Origin: Candidatus Kapaibacterium sp.
GTDB lineage: Bacteria > Bacteroidota > Ignavibacteria > Kapaibacteriales > UBA2268
Assembly (NCBI GenBank): GCA_963664875.1
Contig: OY761611.1
Span: 2,592,001 to 2,656,000 of the forward strand
Length of the DNA stretch: 64,000 nt
Reading direction: 5' to 3'
A program made the translations under genes and the position numbers. Below the pieces are notes generated by a model. The model was not told the origin of the DNA, made no database searches, and was given only the letters and a program-made list of their open reading frames with translations. Positions within the stretch are counted from its first letter, which is position 1. Each line of letters starts with the position of its first letter. This document shows, in pieces, positions 28,877 through 38,862 of this stretch.

Positions 28877-29434
28877 ATGAACAAGCGAGAATTAATATTC
28901 AAAACCGCACTACCACTATTTGATGAACTTGGTTTTTCCGGTACAACCACTGCAAAGATTGCCAAAGAAGCAGGCATTGGCTCAGGTACTTTATTTCTTT
29001 ACTTTCAGTCAAAAGAGGAGCTACTTTCTGAGCTGTACTTTGAAATAAAAGAAGAAATGATTCAAGCGATCAAACAGAATATGGACGAATCACAACCATG
29101 TGCATCTCAGATGAGAAGCATTTGGGAAGGTGTGATGTATTGGGGTGTTGTCAATCAGCTCAAATACTCTTTCCTAAATCAGTTTAGTTATTCTCAGCAT
29201 TTTCGTAATCTCGCAAAAAGCCGCTCTGCTATTGGATTCGATTATCTCGCAGAGTGCTTTGCTAAAATGCTTGCCAATCCGGAGCATGTGTCTTTAGTGC
29301 TGACTGCATTTTATGGACAAATATTTGCCATGGTATATCATATTATTTATCATGATGAGAGCAATAAAGAAGTGCTAACTAAAGATTCCTTCGATATATT
29401 TTGGAATGGCATCAAACACTTATTAAAAGTCTAA
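28877..29434 (+). CDS. TetR/AcrR family transcriptional regulator
   Basis: GFSGTTTAKIAKEAGIGSGTLFLYFQSKEEL HTH. Start taken at MNKRE. Confidence 0.92.
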   Translation: MNKRELIFKTALPLFDELGFSGTTTAKIAKEAGIGSGTLFLYFQSKEELLSELYFEIKEEMIQAIKQNMDESQPCASQMRSIWEGVMYWGVVNQLKYSFLNQFSYSQHFRNLAKSRSAIGFDYLAECFAKMLANPEHVSLVLTAFYGQIFAMVYHIIYHDESNKEVLTKDSFDIFWNGIKHLLKV

Positions 29435-29438
29435 GTTA

Positions 29439-30686
29439 CTACTTTCCTGCTTTTATGATCGGATATTCTGTGTTGGGATTGAAGGAAAGCATATTTTGTC
29501 TCATTTTGTGCTTTCTTTCCGTGCCGCATGAAGCAGGCTTGATAATATCTAAACCGTATTTTGCATTGATACTGTCCATGGCGACCATAAGATTATCATG
29601 CTCTTCGTGCTTGTAATTCGCGAATAAAGAATCCTGCACTGCATCGGCACTGCTAATGCCATCAGCGATTACACCGGCTTTCATGTAGCGATACCCATTT
29701 TCGAAAATACTTCGTAACGCAGCAGTTGCTACCTTTGTAAGCACAGGGCTGCTGTTAGAAGCTACTGCAAGTGTCATTACTTTGTTTTTTGCATATTGAG
29801 GTTCGTCTTTGTGCGGATTAGTATGTATAAATACTCTTAGTAATTTTGCTATGGAATTTTGCTTACGTAACTGCTCTGCAACTCGGTTAGCATACTCGCA
29901 GACAGCTTGCCTGAGCTCATTAAAGTCAGTAATTAATTTTCCGAATGCTCGTGTATATGAGATGCACTGTTTAGGTAATGATTCCAAAACAATGTCGTGT
30001 ATTCTGTTGCCTTTCAGCTCCTGCACTAATCTTAAACCCTGCACTGTCATTTCTTTTTTGATCCACTTTTCGGGTACCTGAGTCATATCGTAAGCAGTAT
30101 AGATACCATATTTTTTGAGTCTGTCCGCATACTTCCTGCCAACACCCCAGATGTCAGCAATGTCGGTATTTCGAAGTGCATCTATTCGCAAATCGTCGCT
30201 ATCAATGACAAATATGCCACTCCCTTTTTTCGCCAGCTTGTTTGCAACTTTCGATAAAGTTTTGTTTTTTGCAACACCGATGGATACGGGCACTTTTACG
30301 CCCTGCTCGATTATCGATTTAACATTTTGAGCATACTCATGATAATTGATATTGCGAATGGCATCAAGTTTGATAAAACTTTCATCGATGGAATAAGTCT
30401 CTACTTCCGGAGCCAATTCGTATAGCAAATTATTGATACGCTCAGAAATATTGCCGTATAGAGCAAAGTTCGCAGAAAAGACTGCAGCATTATGTTGTTT
30501 AAGTATATGCCTTACTTTAAACTCCACCGCTCCTCTTTCTATCCCAATTGCTTTTACTTCCTTAGTCATTGCGATGATGCAGCCATCGTTGTTGGAGAGC
30601 ACCACAACAGGTCTTCCCATCAAATCCGGACGGAAAATACGTTCGCAAGAAGCGTAAAAACTATTGCAGTCTAAAAGTGCTAACAT
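29439..30686 (-). CDS. umuC: Y-family DNA polymerase V catalytic subunit
   Basis: LDCNSFYASCE, VVLSNNDGC, YSIDESF, IWGVGR, YMKAGV, C-terminal MRQNMLS. Start taken at MLALLD. Confidence 0.9.
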   Translation of the reverse strand: MLALLDCNSFYASCERIFRPDLMGRPVVVLSNNDGCIIAMTKEVKAIGIERGAVEFKVRHILKQHNAAVFSANFALYGNISERINNLLYELAPEVETYSIDESFIKLDAIRNINYHEYAQNVKSIIEQGVKVPVSIGVAKNKTLSKVANKLAKKGSGIFVIDSDDLRIDALRNTDIADIWGVGRKYADRLKKYGIYTAYDMTQVPEKWIKKEMTVQGLRLVQELKGNRIHDIVLESLPKQCISYTRAFGKLITDFNELRQAVCEYANRVAEQLRKQNSIAKLLRVFIHTNPHKDEPQYAKNKVMTLAVASNSSPVLTKVATAALRSIFENGYRYMKAGVIADGISSADAVQDSLFANYKHEEHDNLMVAMDSINAKYGLDIIKPASCGTERKHKMRQNMLSFNPNTEYPIIKAGK

Positions 30687-30811
30687 CTCGTTACAACTAC
30701 GTAAATAATTATGGTACAAGATAAGGAATTGTGGGCTATAAAAACTTTGGAAAAAATATTTCTCACAAGATGACTTACTTGCCATTGTTATGAGGTAATA
30801 GTCCGCGAAGA

Positions 30812-31609
30812 TTATTTGTGCATTTTTTTCATAATATTTCGAAATCGTGTGCCACTTATCGGGTGATAAGCGATAAGCTCGCCGTTATAAACGATGTGAA
30901 AAGTCCCAAAAGGAGCAAAATGAAAATAATTATTTTCATCTATATTCACTACATTAACAGCAATCTCAAATTCTTTTTCTGCAATTTCGCTAATGTCGGC
31001 AATTGCTTTATATGTGTATGGGCACTGATGAGAATAAAAAAGGTACAATCCATCAGCAAAAATTTCAGGTATTGCTTCGCGAATTAGTTGGGGAGTATCT
31101 GCTTCATCTTTGAGTTTCAGAGCGAGCAGCTTATAAGCCTCAGCATTTTCTTCTACAAGCTTGAAGCCATGTTTGAGAAATAGTTTGTCCCCGGCCATCC
31201 ACGAACCGTCTCTTACAATAACAGCGACTCCGCTGTAGCTGTTTTGTTGTGCATAGCTAAGGCAACTTTCGAGCAATTGGGAGCCATAGCCTAAACCTTT
31301 GTAAGGTTTTTTCATTATGTAAAGGCAATTTATAATCAGGTAGCCGGGAGCATTGCACGGACGGGGAGAATATTCTGCGGGCATATACTCAATCCCGCCA
31401 ATAGCATTTGATTTTTCGTCGATCAAAAAATCGTAACGCATTCCTTTGTCGTACATTTTAATATTCCAGTCAACTTTTGATGAGTATCCCGGATTTTTCG
31501 AATCTTTGTAGCCGCACATACTAAACTTTGAGAAAGTTTCGGGAGTGCCTTTGATAATATTTGCGTTGGGCATAAAGAAAGGAAACCCTTTAATAAAACA
31601 ATTGTTCAC
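30812..31609 (-). CDS. GNAT acetyltransferase with YoaP-like C-terminal domain
   Basis: IEYMPAEY, YKGLGYGSQLL, FLKHGF, YSHQCPY. Confidence 0.8.
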   Translation of the reverse strand: MNNCFIKGFPFFMPNANIIKGTPETFSKFSMCGYKDSKNPGYSSKVDWNIKMYDKGMRYDFLIDEKSNAIGGIEYMPAEYSPRPCNAPGYLIINCLYIMKKPYKGLGYGSQLLESCLSYAQQNSYSGVAVIVRDGSWMAGDKLFLKHGFKLVEENAEAYKLLALKLKDEADTPQLIREAIPEIFADGLYLFYSHQCPYTYKAIADISEIAEKEFEIAVNVVNIDENNYFHFAPFGTFHIVYNGELIAYHPISGTRFRNIMKKMHK

Positions 31610-31792
31610 TTATAAGATAAAACAATAGTAGAAATTTTGCAAAAATAACATTTCACTTTGTTTTATAAATAACAAAGAGCTACTTATGTAGTCCAAACTA
31701 TTTTGATTAGCATAGATGAGGCTGTAAGTGCTTTCGTTATTTAATACATACAATAGAGAATATCGATTTATTTATATATTGTAGAGGTTGGT

Positions 31793-33043
31793 ATGAAAGC
31801 AAGTAGTGAAGTTTTTATTTGGATTAAACGATATACTCAAATCGTTTTATCTTTATTAGTATTTATAGCACTCATGGGTGGTTCATGTCAAGATTCGGGT
31901 ACAGACCCAATCGATGATGATAACAACAATAAACCCACAGGTATAAAATTCCTTGTAGGCTACAGAGGCGGCGGAGATCATGGTGCTGAAGATGGAATGT
32001 GTCTTGTAAGCAATTCGGGGCAAACTGTCCAGTTTCTTTCTACTTATCGCCCTATGTATTCAAACAATGAATATGTGAGCTATAAAAACAAAAGAATTGC
32101 CTTTGCAACATGGAATACCCCTGAAGAAGGACAAACGTTTATTGCATATTTTGATGTTGCCGATCCGACTAACGTCAAGATAGTTCCTAATCCTGTCTCA
32201 GATGACAAGGATTATTATTGGAGTGTGCCTCAGGTGCGTCCTCAGGTCTTTTCAGATGGCAGAATTGCATTCCTTGCATTTTATTTAACTACAAATCCTT
32301 GGGATGACTGGCATTCGGGACATATCTGTATCTATAACCCAAAAACAAACGAGTATAAATTCTCACCTGCAGCACATGATTTTATTCTAAATCAGCCTGA
32401 GCAGGGCTATGATACTGAAACAGGTTCTTTGGGTGGTGATTTTGCTTTATCACAGGATGAGCAGTTTGTAATAGCACGAGCTTATGGCTATGGAGTAGAT
32501 ATGGGTTCATTCCACACAGATTACAAGTTTATAGTTAAATGGGATATACATACAGATGCTTACCAAAGAGTGGCAGAAGGAGAAAATCAGATATGTTTTG
32601 TCAGTGCTGATAACCAATCTGTTATTGCTAACATAAACTACAAAAAAAATGCTATAGACATCAACACTGGCAACATGACTTTGTTAGATGAATACTATGA
32701 TAATATAGCATGTGGCATGTATTCGGAAAAAGACGGCAAGTTTTTCAAACAATGGCGAGGTGGAGGGATAGCTCTTTTTGACAAATCAAGTGGTTGGCTG
32801 TTTAATCCGGTTTTAGGAGATTCGATGCCGTATCCTTACAGAGGGCTTGGAACAGGTTCTCAGTTCTCACCGGACGAAACAAAAATTTATTTCAAGGGAA
32901 CTCTCGATTATAACACTAACTATGCAAGTGATTACTGTGTTTATTCGACTCCTCTAACCTTAGGCTATCCAAATTCGAAACCAGACAGTTTGTTTATCTT
33001 AACTGCACAATACGATACCGGATTATTTATTTTGCTGGATTAG
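31793..33043 (+). CDS. Hypothetical lipoprotein, beta-propeller-like
   Basis: MGGSC lipobox-like; FSDGR, LSQDEQ, FSPDETKIYF blades. Confidence 0.6.
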   Translation: MKASSEVFIWIKRYTQIVLSLLVFIALMGGSCQDSGTDPIDDDNNNKPTGIKFLVGYRGGGDHGAEDGMCLVSNSGQTVQFLSTYRPMYSNNEYVSYKNKRIAFATWNTPEEGQTFIAYFDVADPTNVKIVPNPVSDDKDYYWSVPQVRPQVFSDGRIAFLAFYLTTNPWDDWHSGHICIYNPKTNEYKFSPAAHDFILNQPEQGYDTETGSLGGDFALSQDEQFVIARAYGYGVDMGSFHTDYKFIVKWDIHTDAYQRVAEGENQICFVSADNQSVIANINYKKNAIDINTGNMTLLDEYYDNIACGMYSEKDGKFFKQWRGGGIALFDKSSGWLFNPVLGDSMPYPYRGLGTGSQFSPDETKIYFKGTLDYNTNYASDYCVYSTPLTLGYPNSKPDSLFILTAQYDTGLFILLD

Positions 33044-33072
33044 ATGGAGGAGTTTGAAGATTTGATAGAAAT

Positions 33073-33119
33073 AAGCCGGATTTGCAAATATTCTACAATA
33101 AGTTTTGCAAATCCGGCTT
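33073..33119. terminator. Bidirectional terminator-like hairpin
   Basis: AAGCCGGATTTGCAAA...TTTGCAAATCCGGCTT between convergent genes. Confidence 0.7.
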
Positions 33120-33164
33120 GTGTTTTTTTGCAGCAAAAAAGTATTTTCTACTTTTCAGCTTTGA

Positions 33165-34427
33165 TTATATCAGCTCTGTTTTGATGCGACGAATTTTAGC
33201 ACCGACAGAGTTCAATTTTTCTTCTAAATTTTCATATCCTCTATCTAAGTGATAGACTCTGAGTACCTCAGTGGAGCCTTCGGCTGCGAGTGCCGCAAGG
33301 ATGAGAGACGCACTTGCTCTAAGGTCGGAAGACATTACAGTAGCTCCCTGCAATTTTTTTCCGCCTTTGACTATAGCCGTGTTGTCAGCGACTTCTATGT
33401 CTGCACCAAGGCGAACAAGTTCCGGGACGTGCTTAAATCTGTCAAAATAGACAGTATCAGTAACACGGGAGCTGCCATTTGCCATCAGCATATAAGCAGT
33501 CCATTGAGCCTGAACATCGGTCGGCATTCCCGGGTAAACAGAAGTTGTCATATCTACCGGCAAAATGTCTGTAGCAGCTTTGAGATTTATAGTATTACTA
33601 TTTACATCTATTTCACAACCGGATTCTTCCAGCTTAGCAATAACTGCTGAAAGATGGTAAGGATTTACATTTTCGAGCTCAATATTGCCTCCGGTCATGG
33701 CAGCTGCAATCAAATATGTTGCTGCTTCGATTCTGTCAGGAATAGTCACTTCATCGACCGGTTTAAGTTCGTCCACGCCTTCGATATGAAGCTCTGTTGT
33801 GCCTATACCTTCGATTTTAGCACCCATTTTGACAAGCATCCTGGCAAGAGCTGTAATTTCAGGTTCGGTAGCAGCATTTGAAAGTACGGTAGAACCTGTA
33901 GCTAAAGTTGCAGCCATTAGGACGTTACCTGTAGCACCAACACTTGATATGTCGAAGTGGAATTTCGCACCTTTAAGTTTCTTCGCTTTTGCGATTACAT
34001 ATCCCTTTTCGAGCGAAACTTCTGCACCCAGTTTTTCCAAACCTTTCAAGTGCAAATCAACGGGTCTGGGGCCCCAGGCACAGCCTCCGGGTAACGATAC
34101 TCGAGCTTCTCCGTATCTTGCCACAAGAGGGCCAAGTACATAAAATGAGGCTCTCATTTTCTTAACATGTTCATAAGGAGCTTCTACACTGGTAATATTA
34201 GTAGTATCAAGGAAAAGTTCATTGTCATTAAGTTCGGCAAATGCCCCGAGAGAACCTAAAAGCCTTGACATGGTCCACACATCGCGTAAATTTGGAGTGT
34301 TTTTTAGATGATATATGCCCGGAGCAAGAAGAGCAGCCGGCATCAACGCCAGTGAGCCATTTTTAGCACCGGAAACTTTAATCCTGCCGGACAGCCTGTG
34401 TCCGCCTTCAATAACTAACTTATCCAT
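33165..34427 (-). CDS. murA: UDP-N-acetylglucosamine 1-carboxyvinyltransferase
   Basis: SGAKN, MRAS, LPGGC..G.RPVDLH, DLRA, YHLDRGYE. Confidence 0.98.
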   Translation of the reverse strand: MDKLVIEGGHRLSGRIKVSGAKNGSLALMPAALLAPGIYHLKNTPNLRDVWTMSRLLGSLGAFAELNDNELFLDTTNITSVEAPYEHVKKMRASFYVLGPLVARYGEARVSLPGGCAWGPRPVDLHLKGLEKLGAEVSLEKGYVIAKAKKLKGAKFHFDISSVGATGNVLMAATLATGSTVLSNAATEPEITALARMLVKMGAKIEGIGTTELHIEGVDELKPVDEVTIPDRIEAATYLIAAAMTGGNIELENVNPYHLSAVIAKLEESGCEIDVNSNTINLKAATDILPVDMTTSVYPGMPTDVQAQWTAYMLMANGSSRVTDTVYFDRFKHVPELVRLGADIEVADNTAIVKGGKKLQGATVMSSDLRASASLILAALAAEGSTEVLRVYHLDRGYENLEEKLNSVGAKIRRIKTELI

Positions 34428-34619
34428 GATATTATTATTTTAGTGTTTAGTTGGAAATATACAAGATATGCAATGTAATCAAAAAAAGTGTTTTTATCAG
34501 ACTATTTGTTTGTATATATTATAATATGTCCGATGAGCAATTTTAAGATTTCTATTTATTTGGGAAGAATTAGATTGTTTTCTGTAGGCTTATTGGCGTT
34601 TAGAAGAGAAAAAGGATTT

Positions 34620-34772
34620 TAGATAAAACATCAGACCGGGACCTCATTTTTGGGGAATTAATTGTAGACTATGGGTATGAAGGTATGCAAATTTAGCCCC
34701 GGTCTGTTTTATTTTGATTGCCTTTTTCCTGATAAAGAACTATGTGATTATTTTGTCTCTTGTCCCTTTTAT
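34620..34772 (-). ncRNA. Candidate small RNA behind an ECF-type promoter
   Basis: Promoter GGTAAC-N15-GTGTCT (34803-34777). Long closing stem AUAAAACAGACCGGG / CCCGGUCUGAUGUUUUAU. No substantial ORF. Confidence 0.45.
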
Positions 34773-35044
34773 GTATAGACACAGTTTTTGATAAAAAGTT
34801 ACCGAATTTTTTTATTTTTTTTATTTTTTTCAAAAAACATCTTCAAATTCCACATTTTCCCCTTTTGGATCTCTTGATTCTGCCCTTTTTATAAGACCCG
34901 CAAATCTATCAATCTATGAGTAGATACTTATTGTGGTAGCTCTATTTGCCTTTTGCAATATCTTTAATTTTGTACTACAAAATGATTCGCTATATTACCT
35001 ATTATATAATTCGGTCATATCTTTGTTCCGGAATTGACATTTAA

Positions 35045-35070
35045 CGAAACATATTGAATAAAATAACGTA
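35045..35070 (+). promoter_or_regulatory. Putative ECF promoter CGAAAC-N16-CGTA upstream of sppA
   Basis: Matches the SigW-type consensus TGAAAC-N16-CGTA at 9/10 positions with exact spacing. Confidence 0.55.
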
Positions 35071-35130
35071 TAAAAAATATTTACACCTTAGACTTTAAAA
35101 TTAAGTTAAATAAACTATGTGCGATGCCCT

Positions 35131-37086
35131 ATGTCAGACAATCAACAAAATCCTCAAGCTCAAATGCCTCAATACGAGCACTATCAAAGACGCAAACAAA
35201 AAAAGAACAACTGGTGGATTCCGGTTGTAATTGTACTTTCTGTTTTTGCACTATTAGTAATCCTTGTCGTAGGATTCTTCACTCTAATTGGCTCAACGAT
35301 AGGTTCTGCTTTTGAGAAAGAGCCGGTTGTGGTCAGAAATAATTCCATTTTGCATCTCAGCATGGCAAATGTTCAGGAATATACCAGAGCCACAGGGTTT
35401 TCTGCGTTCTTTTCTGATGAAAAGCCTGCTTCACTCAGAGATATAATCAATGCTTTAATAGCTGCAAAAACTGACGATAGAATCAAAGGTATTTACTACG
35501 AACCATCTTTGGTGGGAAGTGGATTTACTAAACGTATAGAAGTATTAGATGCTTTAGAAGATTTTAAGAAATCAGGCAAATTTATATATGCATTTATTGA
35601 AGTCGGTGATGAAAATGCTTACATCAATGCACTCCCGGCAGACTCTATATTCATGCCGGCTGAGGGTATGCTCGAGATGAATGGTTATGGTTCTTCTCCC
35701 TTATTCTTCAAAGGGCTTGCCGAAAAAGTCGGGGTAGATTTCTATGTCCAACAGTTCGAAGACTTCAAATCAGCAGGAGAGATGTATTCGAGGAAATCAT
35801 TTTCTGACTCTGCAAGATTGCAAACTCAGGTATTACTCAATCACAGATACCAAACCTTGTTGAATTTGATTGAAAAATACAGAGGTATCGACAAAGAGAC
35901 TCTCAATTCGCTCTTTAACAAAGGTCTGTTTAATGCCGACGATATACTACAAGCCGGTTTGATAGATGCAATTGCACCGGAGTATCGAGTAAAAGATATG
36001 ATGAAAAATTTGGTGAAAGACGGTGAATCTGAAGACAATAAAAACTCAAAAGTAAGACTGCTTTCTATTAGCAAATATATAAACAGCAGCCCTAAAATTG
36101 AAGGCAAAGTAGCAGAAACAGATAAGAAAATTGCAATAGTTTACGGTTCCGGAGCGATTACTTCAGGTGAGAGCGACGACAATCCGTTTTCTTCTTCTGA
36201 CGGGATTAAATCAGGTACATTTATCAAAAATTTACGCAAAGCTGCAGAAGATGATAATGTGGCTGCAATCATAGTAAGGATAGACAGCCCGGGTGGATCC
36301 GTAATTGCTTCTGACGAAATATGGGAAGAATTGAAACGCACAAAAGTGAAACGTCCTGATGTTCCTATCTACGCTTCTATGGCAGATGTTGCTGCTTCAG
36401 GAGGATTTTATATGGCTGTAGGTTGCGATTCGATTATTGCTCATCCAACTACAATCACCGGATCAATCGGTGTTATTCTCTCTATCCCTAATTTGAGTGG
36501 GTTGATGAATAACCTTGGTGTTAGCTCGGATACTATTTCGACCACTAACTCAGCACAATTTTTGAATGGAACAATGCCTTTTTCTCAGACAGACAAAGAT
36601 AAGCTATATTCAATGTCTCAGAAGATATACTTCCGATTTTTAGGGAAAGTAGCTCAGCATCGCAATATGCCTGTAGATGAATTGCGTCAATATGCAAAAG
36701 GTAGAGTGTGGACGGGTGAAGATGCCTTCAAATTAGGTTTGATAGACAAATTGGGTGGCTTGCAGGATGTAATCAATATGGCAAAAGCCAGAATTGGCGT
36801 GCCTATTAATGAATTAGTTACGATCGAAGAATATCCACGTTCTACTGACGATGTGGAAGAATTATTACAAAAACTAACCGGTGGCTCTAAAGAGGAAGAA
36901 TTGGAAGCGTCTTTAGCCCAAACTGTTGCTAAATACCTTCCTTATGCAAACAGTGAAACAGGTTTGATACTAAAAGCAATGCCTGCTCCAATCAGAAAAC
37001 AACTTTTCTACAATATAGAACTTCTGGAAATGGCACAAAAAGAAAAAGTACTAGTGGCAATGCCTTCTCTCTTAGAAATACAATAA
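35131..37086 (+). CDS. sppA: Signal peptide peptidase SppA, 67K type
   Basis: FKSAGE, RIDSPGGS, AASGGFY, TITGSIGV, GRVWTG. Confidence 0.95.
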   Translation: MSDNQQNPQAQMPQYEHYQRRKQKKNNWWIPVVIVLSVFALLVILVVGFFTLIGSTIGSAFEKEPVVVRNNSILHLSMANVQEYTRATGFSAFFSDEKPASLRDIINALIAAKTDDRIKGIYYEPSLVGSGFTKRIEVLDALEDFKKSGKFIYAFIEVGDENAYINALPADSIFMPAEGMLEMNGYGSSPLFFKGLAEKVGVDFYVQQFEDFKSAGEMYSRKSFSDSARLQTQVLLNHRYQTLLNLIEKYRGIDKETLNSLFNKGLFNADDILQAGLIDAIAPEYRVKDMMKNLVKDGESEDNKNSKVRLLSISKYINSSPKIEGKVAETDKKIAIVYGSGAITSGESDDNPFSSSDGIKSGTFIKNLRKAAEDDNVAAIIVRIDSPGGSVIASDEIWEELKRTKVKRPDVPIYASMADVAASGGFYMAVGCDSIIAHPTTITGSIGVILSIPNLSGLMNNLGVSSDTISTTNSAQFLNGTMPFSQTDKDKLYSMSQKIYFRFLGKVAQHRNMPVDELRQYAKGRVWTGEDAFKLGLIDKLGGLQDVINMAKARIGVPINELVTIEEYPRSTDDVEELLQKLTGGSKEEELEASLAQTVAKYLPYANSETGLILKAMPAPIRKQLFYNIELLEMAQKEKVLVAMPSLLEIQ

Positions 37087-37107
37087 CAGACAAATATATT
37101 AACTTTG

Positions 37108-37145
37108 AAACCGTAGGTGATTTAATTATTGCCTACGGTTTTTTT
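37108..37145 (+). terminator. sppA terminator
   Basis: AAACCGTAGGTGAT...ATTGCCTACGGTTT plus T run. Confidence 0.8.
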
Positions 37146-37532
37146 ATGCCACTCACGTAAAATTATCTTTTAGCGTTGCAGTTCCACCGGAACCTCCGAA
37201 TCTCTTTCAAAACATACAAAACCAATCAGCAACATCTGCACTACCAAACGAGTTTGATAATATCCTAACGTCATTGCTTCCTATCTAAGTAAAGTATATT
37301 ATTTGTGCAGATAAAGATATAATTGCATTATCTATTGTTATTAAACTATATAGTTTCGATATTATATTATATAATATTGTCAAAGTAATAAGCATAATAT
37401 TGTAAATACAATACTATTTACATATACTGATATTCTATTTAGTTCTAAATATATGTAGATATAGAATAAAATAAATATTGTAAATAGAAATAAATGTTAT
37501 ATATTGCAATTAGCATAATAGGAATAATATGA

Positions 37533-38222
37533 TTGAGAAAAATAATAAGACGATATAATATCCAAGATAAAGATGTTGAAAACTTATCTTCTAACTTCGT
37601 AAAAATATTTAGGAAGAATAGAAAAAAGTTTTTATCTTTGTTTCCGAAGCTTGATGATAAGTTTTTAGAAGAATGGAATCAAGAGCTTAGCGTTCTCAAA
37701 AAAATGGAGGAAGACCGGGAAATAGTCGAGCTACAGCAAAAACAAACCGAGAAGTTATACAAATCTCTTCAAGCTGCTACTGAACAGATGAATATACTTT
37801 TGCTGTACGCAAAGATTAGCTTTCCGGCGAATCGGGCAAAGATGAAAGCCTTTGGCAAGTCAGATTTCTCTAAAGTCAGATACTCTGCTCCCAAAATGCT
37901 GTCTCTGATGAAAAACACCCTAATCCGAATTCTTCTACCGGAGAATTTGGAAACATTGCACTCAAATGGCTTTGATGAAAATCGTTTGGATGACTTTAAA
38001 AAGGTAATTTCCGAGCTGGAAAATAATCTGAATAAGCAGGCTGAAATCAAAAGCCTGCGCCCGATTAAAACTCAGGAACGCATAGCTGCTTATAATAAAT
38101 TGTGGGAAAGATTAGAACTGGTATCCAATGCTGCAAAGCTCGTCTTTGCTGATGATAAGGAAACCGCAAGAAAATTCCTATTGTACTCCGAGAGGAAGCA
38201 AAAAATAGGAGACGCCAACTGA
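37533..38222 (+). CDS. Hypothetical basic, all-helical protein
   Basis: 229-aa ORF with TTG start; amphipathic helices; no signal peptide or recognisable catalytic motif. Confidence 0.65.
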   Translation: MRKIIRRYNIQDKDVENLSSNFVKIFRKNRKKFLSLFPKLDDKFLEEWNQELSVLKKMEEDREIVELQQKQTEKLYKSLQAATEQMNILLLYAKISFPANRAKMKAFGKSDFSKVRYSAPKMLSLMKNTLIRILLPENLETLHSNGFDENRLDDFKKVISELENNLNKQAEIKSLRPIKTQERIAAYNKLWERLELVSNAAKLVFADDKETARKFLLYSERKQKIGDAN

Positions 38223-38309
38223 CAGACACACAGTATTGTGAATTACCTCCAAATACTGCCCGGCACTGCCGAACACAGTGCCGGAACTTTTAAAAACCAG
38301 TTAGTCTGT
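38222..38309 (+). ncRNA. Candidate three-stem structured RNA in a 3' UTR
   Basis: P1 ACAGAC/GTCTGT, P2 CAGTATT/AATACTG, P3 CCGGCACTG/CAGTGCCGG. Confidence 0.4.
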
Positions 38310-38327
38310 AAATATATTTAAACATGG

Positions 38328-38360
38328 GCCTCCGAAGACGTGATCTTCGGAGGCTTTTTT
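38328..38360 (+). terminator. Rho-independent terminator
   Basis: GCCTCCGAAGA-CGTGA-TCTTCGGAGGC plus T6. Confidence 0.85.
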
Positions 38361-38424
38361 ACTTGTGAAACTTACGTAATATTGTTATCTTGAAATGAGA
38401 TAAATTATGAGCTAAAAAGATAAT

Positions 38425-38847
38425 ATGAACAAACGAATAAAGACCTATCTGATACTATTTTTGATGCTAATCTCAAATATGGGAGCCTTTGCCATTTTAT
38501 TTTCGCTTTTCTTCGTTTGGGATTCGAACGAGAATCAGTATTTAACCGGCCTTGTAGTTGTGCAGGTTTTGTACCTTGTTTTACTTTTTCTTTCTCAAAA
38601 AACCGATGATGAGACTCTTGCGAGTGATAAATTGGCAAAATTAGCGGAATATTTCCTTGCTCCTTCTGCATACAAAAGGATATTTGATGATCCGTATTTA
38701 GTGAAATATGGGATGATCGTAATCTCTATAACCGCTATTGCTTCCTTTTTTCAGCAATATAATGCAGTAACTTTGATATTTAGCATTATCAATTTTGCAT
38801 ATTTGACTTATGCAACAAAATTGTTTTTATTAAATAGATATGTATAG
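38425..38847 (+). CDS. Hypothetical membrane protein (about 4 TM)
   Basis: Four hydrophobic stretches in 140 aa. Confidence 0.65.
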   Translation: MNKRIKTYLILFLMLISNMGAFAILFSLFFVWDSNENQYLTGLVVVQVLYLVLLFLSQKTDDETLASDKLAKLAEYFLAPSAYKRIFDDPYLVKYGMIVISITAIASFFQQYNAVTLIFSIINFAYLTYATKLFLLNRYV

Positions 38848-38862
38848 AAACAGAGCTATTTC

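Noticed and set aside
38217-38309. Hammerhead or other known ribozyme
   Set aside because: CUGANGA and GAAA core motifs are not placed correctly at the junction.
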